From assembly GCA_002189035.1 (NCBI GenBank), contig NEEC01000011.1, positions 806,001-870,000 of the forward strand: a stretch of 64,000 bases of DNA, read 5' to 3'. This document shows positions 25,314 through 39,569 of the stretch, one piece after another (positions within the stretch are counted from its first letter, which is position 1; each line of letters starts with the position of its first letter). This DNA comes from Utricularia gibba (Eukaryota; Plantae; Magnoliophyta). Made by a program: the position numbers and the translations under genes. Below the pieces are notes generated by a model that had not been told where the DNA came from, did no database searches, and saw nothing but the letters and a program-made list of their open reading frames with translations.

Positions 25314-26439
25314 GTATGCATTCCACATGGTGATCAAGCATCACTTAGTTTGACCGAGGATATGTGTTGGGTAGGGCTAATTTGAATGTCAAGGTATAGG
25401 CTTTCTGAGTATCCTTACATTGACTGTCTTTTTGAGCATGAATACAAGCTTTTCTTTTCTATAGAGGGCAGTTTCATTGTCTAGTACATGACTTGGAATT
25501 AGTTGAGTCGTGCACAATGAAAATGGCCAAAAAGCAATCTTAATAAAGTAGCAACTGCTCCCATTGCTAGAAGGTGTTGAGCAGTTGGAAAATTATTTAG
25601 GGTGTAGTTTGCAGTACTTATTTTTTAACTTATAACTTAAAGTAGAAATTAAAATTACTTATTACAAACTATTGCAACTTTTACTTTTTTGTTTTTACTT
25701 TTACTTCTACTTATTTCATTTTAATTAGAAATCAACTCAAAGGTCTTCTTATTTAATAAGCAGTAAATTTGTTACTTCTCAAAATAAGTTAGTTACTTAT
25801 TGAAGAATTTCCATTTATGCCCCTCTTTTGCCAACGAATTTACTCTCAAAATGAACATTTAATGCAGATTTTCTTTCTTCCAAACCCTACTCATTGTGTT
25901 TCTTTCTCAGGGTGCGAAAGCATCTCGATTTGTATCTCCTCTTCTACTTTTGGTAGAATACAAATCTCTAGTAATTTTTTTGAATGTTTTACCCTTTCAT
26001 AATTTCTACATATTTGTATCAAGCTATGCCGATTTATGTTGATACTTATGGAGGATACAAATCTCCGGTAACTTTCTTGAATGTTTTGTGGATTTATGTT
26101 GATGGATTTGTATGAATTGCTATTAGGGTAGAATCAATTGTTATTTCTATTAAGATTTCTGTTATTTCTTGTTATTTTTGTTAGATTAATTGTACTCTTA
26201 AGATTTCCAAATACAAATTACCGGTTGTTCATTTGTTGACTTGGTTGGAGATATCTTCTTTGAAGCATTTAATGCCTCTCTTCTTCCAAATTGTGGGTTT
26301 GCTTGAAGTTCAACTCCCGTGTAAATATTTATTTCAAATATTTTTTTAGCATAGTATTCTTTTGTGTGTGCTTTAGTATAATTATCTATTTTTATTGGGT
26401 TTTTTTTCCTTTTTAAATAGCCGTTACACAATGATATCT

Positions 26440-26775
26440 GGTAAAGGTGAAGCACCAATTAAGAGAAAGCTTTTGGGAACAAAGTGAGAAGGAAATAAAA
26501 CATTCATACTATTGGGTGCTATGTTGAATGAGATTACAAAGGGGAATTAACCAACAAAAACATTCTGTCCAATTAGTTGGGAGAACATTAAGAATGCAAT
26601 GAACCAAAAAGCCCAAACCAACTATAAAATGAAGTGTATCAAGAATCGACATAATGAGTTTCGAAGCGAATAGACTCTTTTGAAAAAATTAGTTGATAGG
26701 TCTAGAATCATTTTTCATCCTAATGGAGTGATAAACATGGATTCACATTGGTGGGATTATCGGTTACATGTTAGC
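26440..26775 (+). pseudogene. PIF/Harbinger ORF1-like Myb/SANT domain remnant, N-terminal part
   Basis: MLNEITKGN*PTKTFCPISWENIKNAMNQKAQTNYKMKCIKNRHNEFRSE*TLLKKL...INMDSHWW fits the Myb_DNA-bind_3 pattern (GN.P..F...W..I...KN...W..L...WW), with stops. Confidence 0.7.
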
Positions 26776-26829
26776 TATATGAACTATTTTCCTATGTGTT
26801 AACTATAACTTTTAAATTTAGTCCGTTTG

Positions 26830-27485
26830 ATTACCTTTCGTTTTGAGTACTTCTCCATCAAGTGTTTCACCACTAAATGGTCAATATAAATGATCACCTT
26901 GCTATCTAAAAGATAGGAACAAAATTTTGTCAAGAAAAATATCACATATAAAAATTCTCTTTCAATCGCACTGTAATTTCTTTATGTCTCATCTAAAGTT
27001 TTGAAAGCATAAGAAATAACATGTGTTTCCCTTCAATTTTCTGTCCCAAAACTACTCCTATAGCATGGCTACTAGCATCACACATAATTTGAAAATCATA
27101 CATTTAGTTTGGTGGTTGCATCACAAGAGTAGTAGTCAAAGGCTCCTTCAAGCAATTAAAAGTACTTTTACATGAATCATCAAAATTAAATTCCACATTG
27201 TTGCACAAAAGTCTACTAAGAGGCAAAGTAATCTTAGAAAAATTTTGAAAAAATCTTGTATAAAAATCAACCAGTCCAATAAATGATCTCACACCCTTTA
27301 CATTAATGGTATCTAGTAATTCAGTCATAATCTCAATTTTTGATTTCTTTAACTCAATATCTTTCCTAAAAATAACATGACCAAGCACAATTCCATGATC
27401 TACCATAAAATGGTATTTTTCAGAATTAAGAACAAGATTTTTCTCAACATATTTTCGCAATACTTAATCTAAATGGTCTAACACA
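26830..27485 (-). pseudogene. Athila element 2: RT C-terminus and RNase H fragment
   Basis: ORF 27104-27460 (EKNLVLNSEKYHFMVDHGIVLGHV) is a close paralogue of 6562-7113. Homology continues to the HLVVKHLMEK segment at about 26830. Confidence 0.85.
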
Positions 27486-30400
27486 AGCTATCAAACTCCT
27501 GGACACTTTACCACTAAGTTGGGAGACGATGGTGATCACTCTCAACAACAATTCCTTGAACAAATTAGAGTTTGACAAAGTGGCAAATGCTCTCCTGCAA
27601 GAAGAACAGCGACGTCTCTCAAATGGATCAACCTCCAAGGGAACACTAGCAGTCACAGAGCACAAAGGAAACAACATATACAAAGGCCATGGTAGGTTCA
27701 AGAAGAATCAAAACAAAAGGGCCAGAACCACAGAGACCAACCCTCAGAACCAAAGAAAGATGCACAAAAGGATACTAGGTCCTGTTTTTATTGCAAAAAA
27801 TTGGGGCATCTCAAGAGACAATGCAGATATTGGCTGCGCACCCAACAATCTGACAAGGATGATAACAATAAAAACAAATTCAAAGGAGAGGATGCTGCCC
27901 TTACCACTGAAGTTGAAGAAGAAATTCTGGTTCTAACCGAGCATGCCTATAGCTCCAATCAAAGGATGTTGGGAAACTCAAACCAGGAGGAACTATTGGT
28001 CCTGCTGACTGCAGAATCTAGGATTGTTCCCCCAGAAGAATTGTGGATCATCGACTCAGCGGCCAGCTATCATGCAACTCCCTCAAAGGACCATCTCATA
28101 AACTATCGTGCAGGAGATCATGGATCTGTAAAAATGGGAAACTCCTCAGAAGCAAAAATCGCAGGATTGGGAGAGCTGCTGATAAAAACAAATTGTGGAC
28201 ATGTCCTCATGCTAGAAAATGTGAGACACGTACCTGATATTCGCATGAATCTCATGTCGGTGAACAACCTGGACAAAGCTGGATTCACCAGCACATTTTC
28301 CAAGGGTCATTGGAGATTGCTAAAGGGGTCTGTTTTGTTGGGAAAGGGATGGCTCGAAGGAACATTGTATAAAACAGTTGTTGAATATGATGTACCAAGT
28401 CTTAATCTGGTAAGTGGAAGTGATTCAGACTATACCTTGTGGCATAAAAGACTCGGTCATATTGCAGACGCAGGCTTGAAACACCTAATGCAATAGGGAC
28501 TTGTCAAAAAGGTAAAATCAGGAAACAAGGTCTGTGAAAGCTGCATAATAGGAAAGCATCATAGACTACCTTTTAAGAGCAGACTAGAGAAAAGCACAGA
28601 GATTCTAGACTTGATGCTATCGGATGTTGGAGGACTTGTCAATGTGACCTCAGGGTCTGGTAAGCGCTTCTATGTCTCCTTCATAGATGACTCTTCTAGG
28701 AAGGCATGGATCTATCTGATTGAAAGGAAGAGTGATGTACTAGGCTTGAAAGAGAGACGGGTAAAAGACTGAAGAAGTTTAAATCTGATAATGGAGGAGA
28801 ATATTGTTCTCAAGAGTTTGAGGAATACTGCGTACGTTTGGGAATCAGAAAGGTTGCCACAGTCCCTGGAACTCCTGCCCACGATGGTGTGGCTGAAAGG
28901 TTCAATCGAACCCTTCTTGACAAAGTGAGATCTATTCTGAAATCAGCAAAACTCTTCAAGCATTTCTGGGGGGAGGCCTTGCACACAGCCTGCTACTTAT
29001 CCAACAGATCACCTAAGACAACACTCAGGTTAAAATCTCCACAAGAAGTATGGATGGGAAGGGCACCAAGCTATAATCACCTATGGGTATTTGGCTACAA
29101 GGCCTATGCTCATATCTTGAAGGACCACAGACACAAGTTGGATGAAAGATCACAAGTCTGTATATTTTTGGGTTATGGAGGAGATCAGATGGGTTATAGA
29201 TTATGGGACCCCATCAACCAAAAATTAATCCGGTCCAGGGATGTTAGATTTTTAGAAACTGAAACTATCCTTGACATACTAGGACAAAATGGCACGGATC
29301 AGGTAATGAAGGTAAAATTAACACCTGAAAATTCAGAAAGGCTAGACTGCCCTAGTTCACCAAGTAGGTCATCAGAACCAGAACCAACTTCTCAACCTGT
29401 TGAGAACTCAAATCAAAGGGAAGTGCCTAATATGAGAAGATCTTTGAGACAACGTGTTCCCTCATCAAGATATTCTGAAACAGAATATGACCTGAGCAGA
29501 GATGACTTGCTTGATGTTGCTTTAATAACTGAAGAGGGAGAACTGCAAACAGTAAGGGAAGCCCTAAGCTCACCTGAAAGAGAGAAATGGATGGAGGTAA
29601 TGCAGGAAGAAATGACGTCTCCAAGGAAAAACAGCACCTATGACCTTGTAAAATTGCCTGCTGGAAAAGCTCCTCTAGAAAATCAATGGATATTCAAGCT
29701 GAAACACAATCCTGACGGTAGCACCAGATATAAAGCAAGGATAGTTGTAAAGGGGTACTGGCAGAAGAAGGGCTTAGACTATGAAGAAATTTTCTCTCCA
29801 GTTGTGAAGTTGAACACGGTAAGACTCATATTGTCTCTAACAGCTCATCTGGACTGGGAACTTAGACAGTTAGATATCAAAACCGCGTTCCTACATGGTG
29901 ACCTTGATGAAGAACTGTATATGAGGCAAGTTGAAGGTTTTTCAGAACATGGAAAAGAGGATCTCGTGTGCAGACTTAGAAGAAGTCTGTATGGACTAAA
30001 GCAGGCACCTCACCAATGGTATCAGAAATTTAACACCTTCATGGAAAACACTGGATTCAAGAGGTGTGAAGGAGATTACTGTGCTTACTAGAAGAAAAAT
30101 AAAAAAGGTGAATGCATCTTCTTGCTCTTGTACGTAGATGATATGCTCATTGCCAGACCAAATATGTCACTAATTCGAGAGCTGAAGAAAGAAATGGCCA
30201 CTGTCTTTGAGATGAAAGATCTGGGCAAGGCTAAGAAAATCTTAGGAATAGAGATCACCAGAGACAGAGCCAAGATGATCTTAAACCCATCTCAGAGTAA
30301 TTACATTTATTCAATCCTCAAGAAATTTCGGATGGAAGGAGCAAAACCAGTGTTGGGACCACTCCCTGGACACCTGAAACTGTCATCCCTTATGTGTCCC

Positions 30401-31569
30401 AAAACTAAAGCTGAAAGGGAAGTAATGAAACAGGTACCTTACTCCTCTGCCGTTGGATCACTGATGTATCTTATGGTCTGCACTCGACCAGATATAGCAT
30501 ATGCTGTAATTATGATAAGCAGATATATGGAGAATCCTAGAAAACAACACTGGGAAAGTGTACAATGGCTACTGCGTTACGTTAAAGGTACAAGAGACTA
30601 CAAGCTAAGCAATGGAAAAGGAAGCATCAGCCCTTAACAAGAATGGTCAGTGTGGTTGCTAGAGCTGCTGTTACATGGAGCTCATGCCTGCAAAAAACAG
30701 TTGCTCTGTCCACAACCGAGGCTGAGTATATGGGCTTAACAGAGGGTGTGAAGGAAGCCCTATGGCTTGGAAGGATCATGGATGAGTTTCGCCTCCATAA
30801 AGAAAGGTCTGCAGTATATTATGATTGTCAAAGTGCCATCGAACTCAGCAAGAACGCAACCTTCCATTCCAGAACTAAACATATTGATGTAAGATGGCAC
30901 TAGATCAGAAACGTCATTACATCAGGAGATGCCAACTTGGAAAAGATCGACACCAATGAAAATGTCGCAGATGTGCTTACAAAACTTCTGCCCTCCGCTA
31001 AACTTCAGTCTCATATGAGCAAGTTGGGACTGATGGAAGCTGGAAATTCATACCAAACGTAAGCTGGAGGGAGGGAATTGTTTGGCTGATAGTACCGCAA
31101 GCCCAAATGAGCTGGAGATCAATTATCTTGGCCCAAATCCAGCTTAAGTTTAAGCATTAAAGATCAAAGAATGAGACTATAAATTTGCTCTAGGAGTGTG
31201 ACCGTTTACAACAGTTTTTGTCGTAGAAACTCAAGGGAGGCAGCAGGAGTTCAGCAGCTGAGAATTCTTGATTGGCGATCGAATTGCCCCACCACTTGGA
31301 TATACCTCCGATCTGTGAGCGGAGAAGGCGATGACTACATCCCATCTTTTGGGAAGAATAACATCTGGCCGGTAGAGCCTGTTTTCTTGAAGCTGTTCTG
31401 CTCCTGTAAACGAAACTTGGTGACTAGTGAAGCGGTTTCGGTTTGGTGTGACAAGCACCCATAGTTTTTACCTCTTTTGGTTTTCCACATTAAATCTTCT
31501 GGGTTCTTGGTTTTCTGTTTTGCTCATTTGATCGTGCTAACAAGATAATTGGTCACAAAATTCGCAACA
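27486..31569 (+). mobile_element. Ty1/copia element (Tork/Tnt1-like), 5' end deleted, inserted in Athila element 2
   Basis: Gag LP.SWETMV, zinc knuckle C..C...GHLKRQC, protease WIIDSAASYH, LWHKRLGH, integrase GVAERFNRTLL, RT RYKARIVVKG and LLYVDDML, RNase H VALSTTEAEY and RTKHIDVRWH, then PPT and 3' LTR. Confidence 0.9.
31079..31569 (+). repeat. 3' LTR of the copia element (end at 31542 or 31569), preceded by PPT GCTGGAGGGAGGGAAT
   Basis: Purine tract at 31063-31078 followed by TGTTTGG. Ends with ..AACA where the Athila RT reading resumes on the minus strand. Confidence 0.7.
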
Positions 31570-34350
31570 CAAGTCTCCCTTCTTGTTCTCCAACATTTTC
31601 TTACCAGTTTTCTTGGGCACCACATGAATTAGACTCACCCACTCATTGTATATGATGGAATAGTTGATACCCGCATCATGAAGTTTAATGATTTCTTTTT
31701 TTACCACTTCCATCATATTTGGGTTGAGGCGTATTTGTGGCTGTCAAGCAGGTTTGGCTCTATCTTCTAAAAGAATTCTATGCATGCATATAGAAATAGA
31801 GATTCCATAAATATCTGCAAGGATACAACCAATCACCTTCTTATTTTTTATCAGCACCTCGAACAGCTGTGATTCTTGATTTAAGCTAAGACTATTATAG
31901 ATGATAACAGGTTTGTTGATTTCTGCATCCAAGAGTGCATACTTTAGGTGCATTGGCAGTGGCTTTAACTCAGCTATCCTCTCTTCCAGGGTCTCGATCT
32001 GCATAGCATTCACTTGTTTTGACTTTGTTTCAACTTCCATCCTTGCTAGAAATGATTCCTCATGCTCTTCTTCATCCTCTTCGATAGTTTTCTCAAAATG
32101 GTCTTCAACCAATTTTTCCATCACGTCCATTGAGCATACACTTTCAAAATCGCTAGGATACTTATTCACTTTCTTCATGTTCAACGTTATCTTTTCTTCA
32201 TCAAAAAATAATTCAATTGTACCCATCTTCACATTAATTCTTGCATTCGAAGTGTTCCTCAATATTCTCACAAAGATGATAGTCATATATCTCGAACTTC
32301 CAGCTGATATTCATCGCATAAAAGTATGTTAGAAACTCCAAATGTTCAATCTCCATTAGAGCATCTTCAACAATTCTCATGGGAGAAATTACTCTTAGAT
32401 CCACAAGCTCAATTTGCACTCTAGAGGTTTGTAAAGGTCCTAACCTAAGATTCTCATATACAGAAAATGACATCACGTTTATAGAGGCTCCCAAGTTAGG
32501 CATTTCTCTCCTTATGTTCAAGTCACCAATTTCGCAAGGAATAAAGAAAGTTCTACGGTCCTTGCATTTTTATGGTAGCTTCCACGTGAAAAGAGCTGAA
32601 CAATTTTCACTCAATTTCATCTTGTATTTTTCCTTTAGTTTTGGCTTTGACATACAAACCTTCTTCAGGTACTTTATACTTTTGGGCACCAAGTCAATAT
32701 ATTTCAAAAGTGTTAAATTTAATTGAGTATTACCTAAAGCTCTTGACATTATTTCTTTCTCATTTTGTTCCTCTCTCGCCTTCAGTGTTCCTGGAAATGG
32801 TGGAGGGGTGACTTTAACAACGAGAGGCTCTATAGCAACCTCCACCTCATGTTCTTCAATATCTCCTTCTAACACAACTTCATATTCTTCTCCCACCTCA
32901 GAATTACTCTCAAGTTGGGCAAATTCTCCTCCAAGCTTTTCTTTTCCATTTTTGAGTGTCATTGCAATGATATTGTAAACTTCCTTTCTACTTCTGTTCC
33001 CCAACCTCTATCGTCAATTAAGTGACTAGAATTTCCAAGTTCTTGATAGCTTGTTGGTTCTCAGCTTGATTCTTGAAAAATTGGGTCATGAAAGTCTTCA
33101 AAATTTACTCTAATTAATTTCCAGAATTTTCTCCAAAATTATTTTGATTTGGAGGTTAAAATTGCTGTTGAACCTACTTGTTTGTCTTTCAAAATGGAGG
33201 AGCCTAGTATGAACGTTGCTACTACTCTTAAAAATTATGCTGAAATCCTTGCTATCGAGAAGATAAACTCTCACCTTGCAGGAATGGTCATTGTTGCTCC
33301 ACCGAAACTTGGGATGATCCTCCACCTTGGTATGTAGGTGTTGGAGTAGGGATCACACTTGTTCCTTTGTGACTCCAATATCTCATCACTTTCACATATT
33401 TTTCCTGTAACAAATCGGGACATTTATCACCAATATGTCCCATTCTGTGGTAGTTCCCACAAAGATATTCTTAGCTTGGAATAAAGTAATTCTTTCATCA
33501 ACTCAAACATAGTTTTTTTTTGTCAGCTCACTTTCTAATGGCTTTGGCTTGCATTATAACTCATGAACTCTTCTGCTCAAAACCTGTTTCTAATAATATA
33601 CCTGGAGTGCTTATCCAACTCCTAAAGCCTACATCAGAATCCATCATAGTCCTATATGTGCATAATAGTCTATCATAGAAATACTTCACCAAGGCATTGG
33701 TTAGAAATCCATGGTTTGGGCAAGATCCTAGCAGGTGATTAAATCTTTCCTAATATTCATAAAATGACTTATCACTCATTTGCTCAACATCACCTAACCT
33801 TTTCTGATACCCTCAGACTTTGAAGCTGGAAAATACTCGCTCAAAAATACTTTCTTCATTCCAGCTCAATTAGTAATGCTTCTAAGCTTTAGAGAATTAA
33901 GCCATGTTTTAGCACCTCCTTCATAGGTAAATTGAAAGGCTCTCAAGAAGATTGAATCTTTAGTCATTCCAGCTCCCTTGAATGATGTACACACCACTGT
34001 TATATTGTCTAAATACTCGTGGGGGTTCTCTCCTATCTTTCTATTGAATTTCGATAGGAAATCGATCATAGTTGGCTTGAGTTCGTTGGTTACATCATCT
34101 GGAAACCTAATGAATAGACCATTGTAGGTGTGGTCAGTAGCATCTAACTCATTCAAGATCCTCTCATATTCTGCCATACTAGAATTAACTTGAGTTGCAA
34201 TAAGGAGTATTCTCAACTTGGCTACTTCTTTCACTGTCTTGTGATTTCTCTTAGCAGCTCTTTCAATTTCTGAGTGGAAATTGAAATCACCTATATAAGA
34301 GGAACACAAATGCATCAACTAAAACACATAACAATTAAATACCGCTCCCC
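31570..34350 (-). mobile_element. Athila element 2: gag-PR-RT 5' part, truncated at the PBS
   Basis: ORFs 33866-34318, 32570-33004, 32234-32521 and 31744-32286 are paralogues of 3653-6331. Homology stops at GGGGAG (34350), with no 5' LTR beyond. Confidence 0.9.
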
Positions 34351-37300
34351 AACATGAATAGTGTATAATAATAATAGCAAATTATTAGTATGTTTAAGTA
34401 TAGCGTAATTGAGTATATTGTAATTTACGTGATAACATGGATAATAATTTTAGATTTGGATTTGGATATCTAATTAGGGACAATCCTAGCTAAACGTAAA
34501 CCAATGTAATTTTTTAATATAATTTCTAGGCTTAGTGTGTGCCATGTTGGTGTTTTTAGAATTAGGATTCAAAAAGACCAATCCAATGGATTACTTCGTA
34601 GTATCTAGATCTAAAAAATAATCAAATATTCAGATAAAATAGTTTTATAAAATATAGATAGGATATCTAATTTATGTCCATTAGATAAATCTTTTCATCA
34701 CTTTTCTCTTTTACTTTTCTACACCAAAGATGTGCTTACACAAGTTCCATCTTTAGTTGTTGTGATATATTCTTTTGATATTTAATTTGAGGTATAATAT
34801 CATTTAATGTAATATTTTCCTTGTCAACATGCTCTTGATTAGCACCAAACCCGAAAAGCATGTTGGAAGAATCCAAGATTTCTCTCAAATATTTATAGAA
34901 AAAGAGTTCAATCAAATATCACTATCAATGTACTTGTGACCTGATCTATCAATGAGGGTGTGGATGCTAAAGCTAATGATTGAATATAGTAAAAACATAG
35001 ATTATCATAGAAGTTAAAATGATTCTACTAGCATGGTTCCACTAAGGTAATGATCGAATGTATAATAATAGTTATCAAGTATCAATACTTTAAAATAATG
35101 CCTCATAACTTGCACAAGTGAGTCAAATCTTCATATTGAAAAATACATATGATGGAAAAGTTATGTATTGGCAGAGCTTTATTGCAAAACCACTATTTTT
35201 CTTTGTTTTAAATCTATTTTTTTATTTTATTATTGTTTATTTTTAGAAAATTTGAAAATTATCACTTCTTTATATAAACTATCTTTTTTTTTATCATTTT
35301 AACTGTTTTTTATACTCGCATAATTATGATCAAACTTTTTGTCATCAAAAAATTATTTAGCATTTTAGACGTCTGTTAATTTTTTTCCTTTATTCTCACT
35401 TTTTTAAAACAAAAAAAATGTGTCTCTTCATCGTATTTTCTACTTTTTCTTCATCCTTTGTTATACACACATGCCAAGAATTGATCAAGATTTACTTTTT
35501 AATCTTTGGATCGCAAGGATTGATGAGTAAATAAGATAAAAAAAATCAGTCTGCACAACAATATTATGAAGAACATAGTGTGTTTCCAGAAATCAATCAT
35601 TGAAACTGAATGTGGAGTTCCAACAATGATCAAGCAGTGGAGAAATGACAAGAGGAGTGTGTTGGAAAATAGAACAAGAGGAAGTCTCAAGGATCATAAA
35701 CTTAACGGAAAAAGACTTAGAATGAAGCAGTGGGACACATTAAGCTTGAGACGATACAATTATTGTGAATGCAGGTTTTGATGAGCAGACAAGAGCTCAT
35801 TTCAACCATGAAGGAACATGTGGAGATCATTAATTGTACTAACGATTTCAAGAGACCACAATGTCAAACTAACTCAATTCTAAGAAACATTGGAGAAATG
35901 ACAATTATCACAACAGAAGGAGAGCTCATCACTAGTTGTAAGGACTTTATTGAAGAATGTTTTTTATAAATATATATATAATTTTTGTAGAGTAGAGAAA
36001 ATCAAGGAAGCTTTGATAATCATTCCATGTATTCAATTGTTGGCTCTCGAGCTTTACATTGCAGTTATACAAAGAGAAACAAAAACATGGCATAGGTGAC
36101 AGATTTTTGTTTCTAGTTCCATCAATCTTTTAGTTGTAGGGAAATTCAAATATGTATTGGATGAGATTCGTACAATTATGAAACTCTTTGAAAGGAAACC
36201 TCTAAGTAATTGAAAATGAAACAAACTTTATGAGAAATTCAAAAGTTTTGCTTTTCCTTTTCATATATTTCTATGTCGGCCACCTTTATATACTATATGG
36301 TTTGTTTGTTGCCATCCAACAATTTTTTTATTTCTTCATTTAATTTTTTTTAATAAATAGATTTTAGTAGGGTAAATCATTTTTTTTCAATAGCTTATTT
36401 TATCTGGAAAATCTGTTAATATATAGTTTTATAGGGATAGATTTGAATTTTTCATACAAGCTTTGATTAACATGACATAATCATGCTTGTTTAAGTCACA
36501 TTGTAGCTTGGATGATTCTTGCATCAGAAAGTTATTACTAGGGTGATCTTCATAACCATGAACATGCACATGTGGTGCGACATACGCTCATTGTTTAGAT
36601 ATCATTGAATGAGATTAGATTTCTTTTAAGTTCGAAAATAATCTTATTCAAGTATATAGGAAATCTAACATTTTTTAATTGCTTTCTTCACGACAAATGT
36701 GCTTATCTTTCACTCACTTATCAGAACCTAACATTAAGTGTTGGCTTATTTTAGGTATTTTGCTTAGGGTGCTTTAATTCTGATATCTTTTTATTGAACA
36801 ATATTTTAGCTCTATAAGATATTTAGCTTTTGTATACTATGATCATTTACTTTCCAAATTCACTCATGCTACAAAACAAATATTTCATAATAAGGCTAAT
36901 TTTCTATGAGTGACTTGAGTATGAAAAGATTAAGAATTGCACGCTATTTATTTAATTCAAAAAGTCTAGTGTAAGAGAACCAAGATATTAGGAATTGCCT
37001 AATTAGTATCCAGCGTAGCTCACTCTCTCTCCATTTAGTGAACTGCATTGGAACTTGAAATTTTTTTTTGTTTCACACAGATCAAAAGCCTAATACCATT
37101 TTATTGGAATCTCCAATCCCTATGGCCTAGATTTGAGCATTTTGAAAGTTATTTTGGGAATGATTATCATTATTTGCAACACAAGTTAACAAAGCTTTCT
37201 CTATTCTCAATATGCCAACTACGAGTGAAAAGTTTTGATATGGACAAATGTTGGAGAAAATCATGCTAAAAGGTGTATAAATGAAGTCAATCTATTCAAG

Positions 37301-39569
37301 GCTCTAGAAAAACAGTAGAACATAAGGACATATGAGATTTAACATTATTAAAGAACATATAATTCAATATGGATTCAAAGGAGAAAATTTTTTATTTTTC
37401 CAAGAGATGCTTTCTTTTAGCTCATCTTCAAGTGTCAAACCAAATTCCAACCCTATCCCAAACCCTGCTGTGTTACAATTCAAGAAAAATGCCTCATGAT
37501 TGCACAAAGCGTGTTGAAAACGCATAGATGGAGCATTTGCACAAGTACATTGACTCATGAGCCAAGGAGGTTAGTCTTTGAACATGCTATTTGGATACAC
37601 CACATCTTAGTTGCCTTGAAAATGACTTTTTCATATCATAGCACTTGAAACATTGGTGGGACAAGCAATATCTAACTGTGGAGAGTCGATGACCAGTTTT
37701 GTCTCGCTTCAAAATAAACTTTTTCATCATTCTTTAGAATTTTTTTGGTCTTCTCATTAAATTTATTGATTTTGTATCTTTTACATTAATTGCATGTTTT
37801 TACATAGAATTTTTGTGAGTTTTTAGGATATATTTTCAGTTAATTAGATGAGAAATCAAAACCAAACAATTAATGAGTTTGAGAGTGCATGAAATTAATT
37901 TCAAGAAGTGTTTCCAAAAACAAGATTTGATTTCAAATTCTATTATAAATAAAGATTTGAAGATAATTTTATAAGATTTAAATAAAAGATTTGAATATAA
38001 GATGCATAAAATATTTGATTCAAATTTATCAAGCAAGCTTAATAAAAGAATTCAATCATAGATTCCACAAATACTCTTTCATCTCAATCATTGTAGATGT
38101 CATTTAATCTTTTACTTTTTGTATTTTCATGTTTATTATATTCTATAGTCAAACATGTTTATCTTTTACTATACTATTTGATATTTAATTTAATATTTGA
38201 TTTTATTTTACGTAATATTTTTTTTATCAACGTATTCTTAATTATTACTAAGCAAAATACAGTGATATAATAATTTTCAAATATCACTATTTTCAAATAA
38301 CACCTCTACAACTTATGTAAATGAGTCATTTCCTCAGTTGTACAGTCACTTGCAAGCAAGCTTTTACATTTATAAAACCATGTTACAAAACCATTATTTT
38401 TTATTATTTATATCCATCCTTTTATTTTATTTTTATTTGTTTAAAAAATCTAAAAATAATCATTTTCCTTTGAATATTTTATATCGAATAAATCTTAAAT
38501 GAGCTCGTCAAAAACTTTAGAAATAACTAATCCTTGGTAAATAATTAACCGTTTTCCCAATGTACACAATTTAAATTCTAATGACTTTGGGTACTATAAT
38601 CTTCTCAACCATAATTTTTTAGGTGTGTTATTGTGTAATACATAAAAAAAGAAATTGTTTTGCTAGGTGTCAATATCAAAACAAAGAAGAGGGAAATTTA
38701 AGGGATAAAGAATAGATGACTACATCATTTCTATGATTACTTCATAACAGTTGAGGTCTTTTGTATACACGAGAGACTTTTCCTCATTTAATCAATGTTA
38801 CTAGTAACTTGTACAGTTCATACTGCACTCTTGGGTGGTCGTCTACTCAGTAAAGGATTTTTCACAACGAGACACACGTCCAATAAGGTATTTATTAATT
38901 ATGAAAGTTACCTGGACAGCTAACCCTCGTATTAATTTTCATGTTTTTAATAAACTTTGGTCCGCTTATCATAAATTCAGCTGAGTGGTTGGATTTGCAC
39001 CAACGGAAACCACAACCTTTATAGCATTAGATCAATCCTTTTTTTTTTTTTTAGTTTTTAGATACTTTGAATGGGATTCATTCTTCTTAGTTATACTGTT
39101 CATCAGTGTCGACTCTTCCGATAGAAAAGTCCTTTTTTCATGCCAGCTCCTGAATTAATGCATGTTTCTCGATGCTAAGGACATTTAGAATAGGCTGTCT
39201 TCAGGGTTGAAACATTAGTATGACGAGTAAATTAGTCAAATAACACTTTGGGAAAAAGTAATTTGCTGAACAGCATATGTTTGAAAATTATTTGTCAAAT
39301 GGCACATTTATGAATTTTTTCAGATTAAAAATATATATTGATCTAATTAAAACATATGTATTATTCAAATATATATTTTTATGATTCAATATATATAATG
39401 TTGATATTTTTATATATTTTTATATATCTTTATAATCAATAAAACGAAATTAATATATATGTTTTAGTTAGACCATTATATATCTTTTGATTTGAAATAA
39501 TGCATAAAAAATACTATTTGACAAATGATTTGCAAACGTGTGTTATTCAACCAATTGTTTTTTATAATA

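Noticed and set aside
31901-32726. Antisense ORFs over retroelement pol (also 4282-4545, 29413-29637, 62697-63044)
   Set aside because: Shadow frames of gag/pol coding sequence.
35566-35969. Two adjacent short ORFs with protein-like composition
   Set aside because: No motif recognised in any frame, so no product could be assigned.
37340-37720. Coding-like stretch starting MDSKEKIF
   Set aside because: Multiple stops and no assignable family.
38975-39025. tRNA T-loop-like or organelle-like stretch (GGATTTGCACCAACG)
   Set aside because: No cloverleaf could be built and I could not match it to a specific plastid or mitochondrial locus. BLASTN would settle it.
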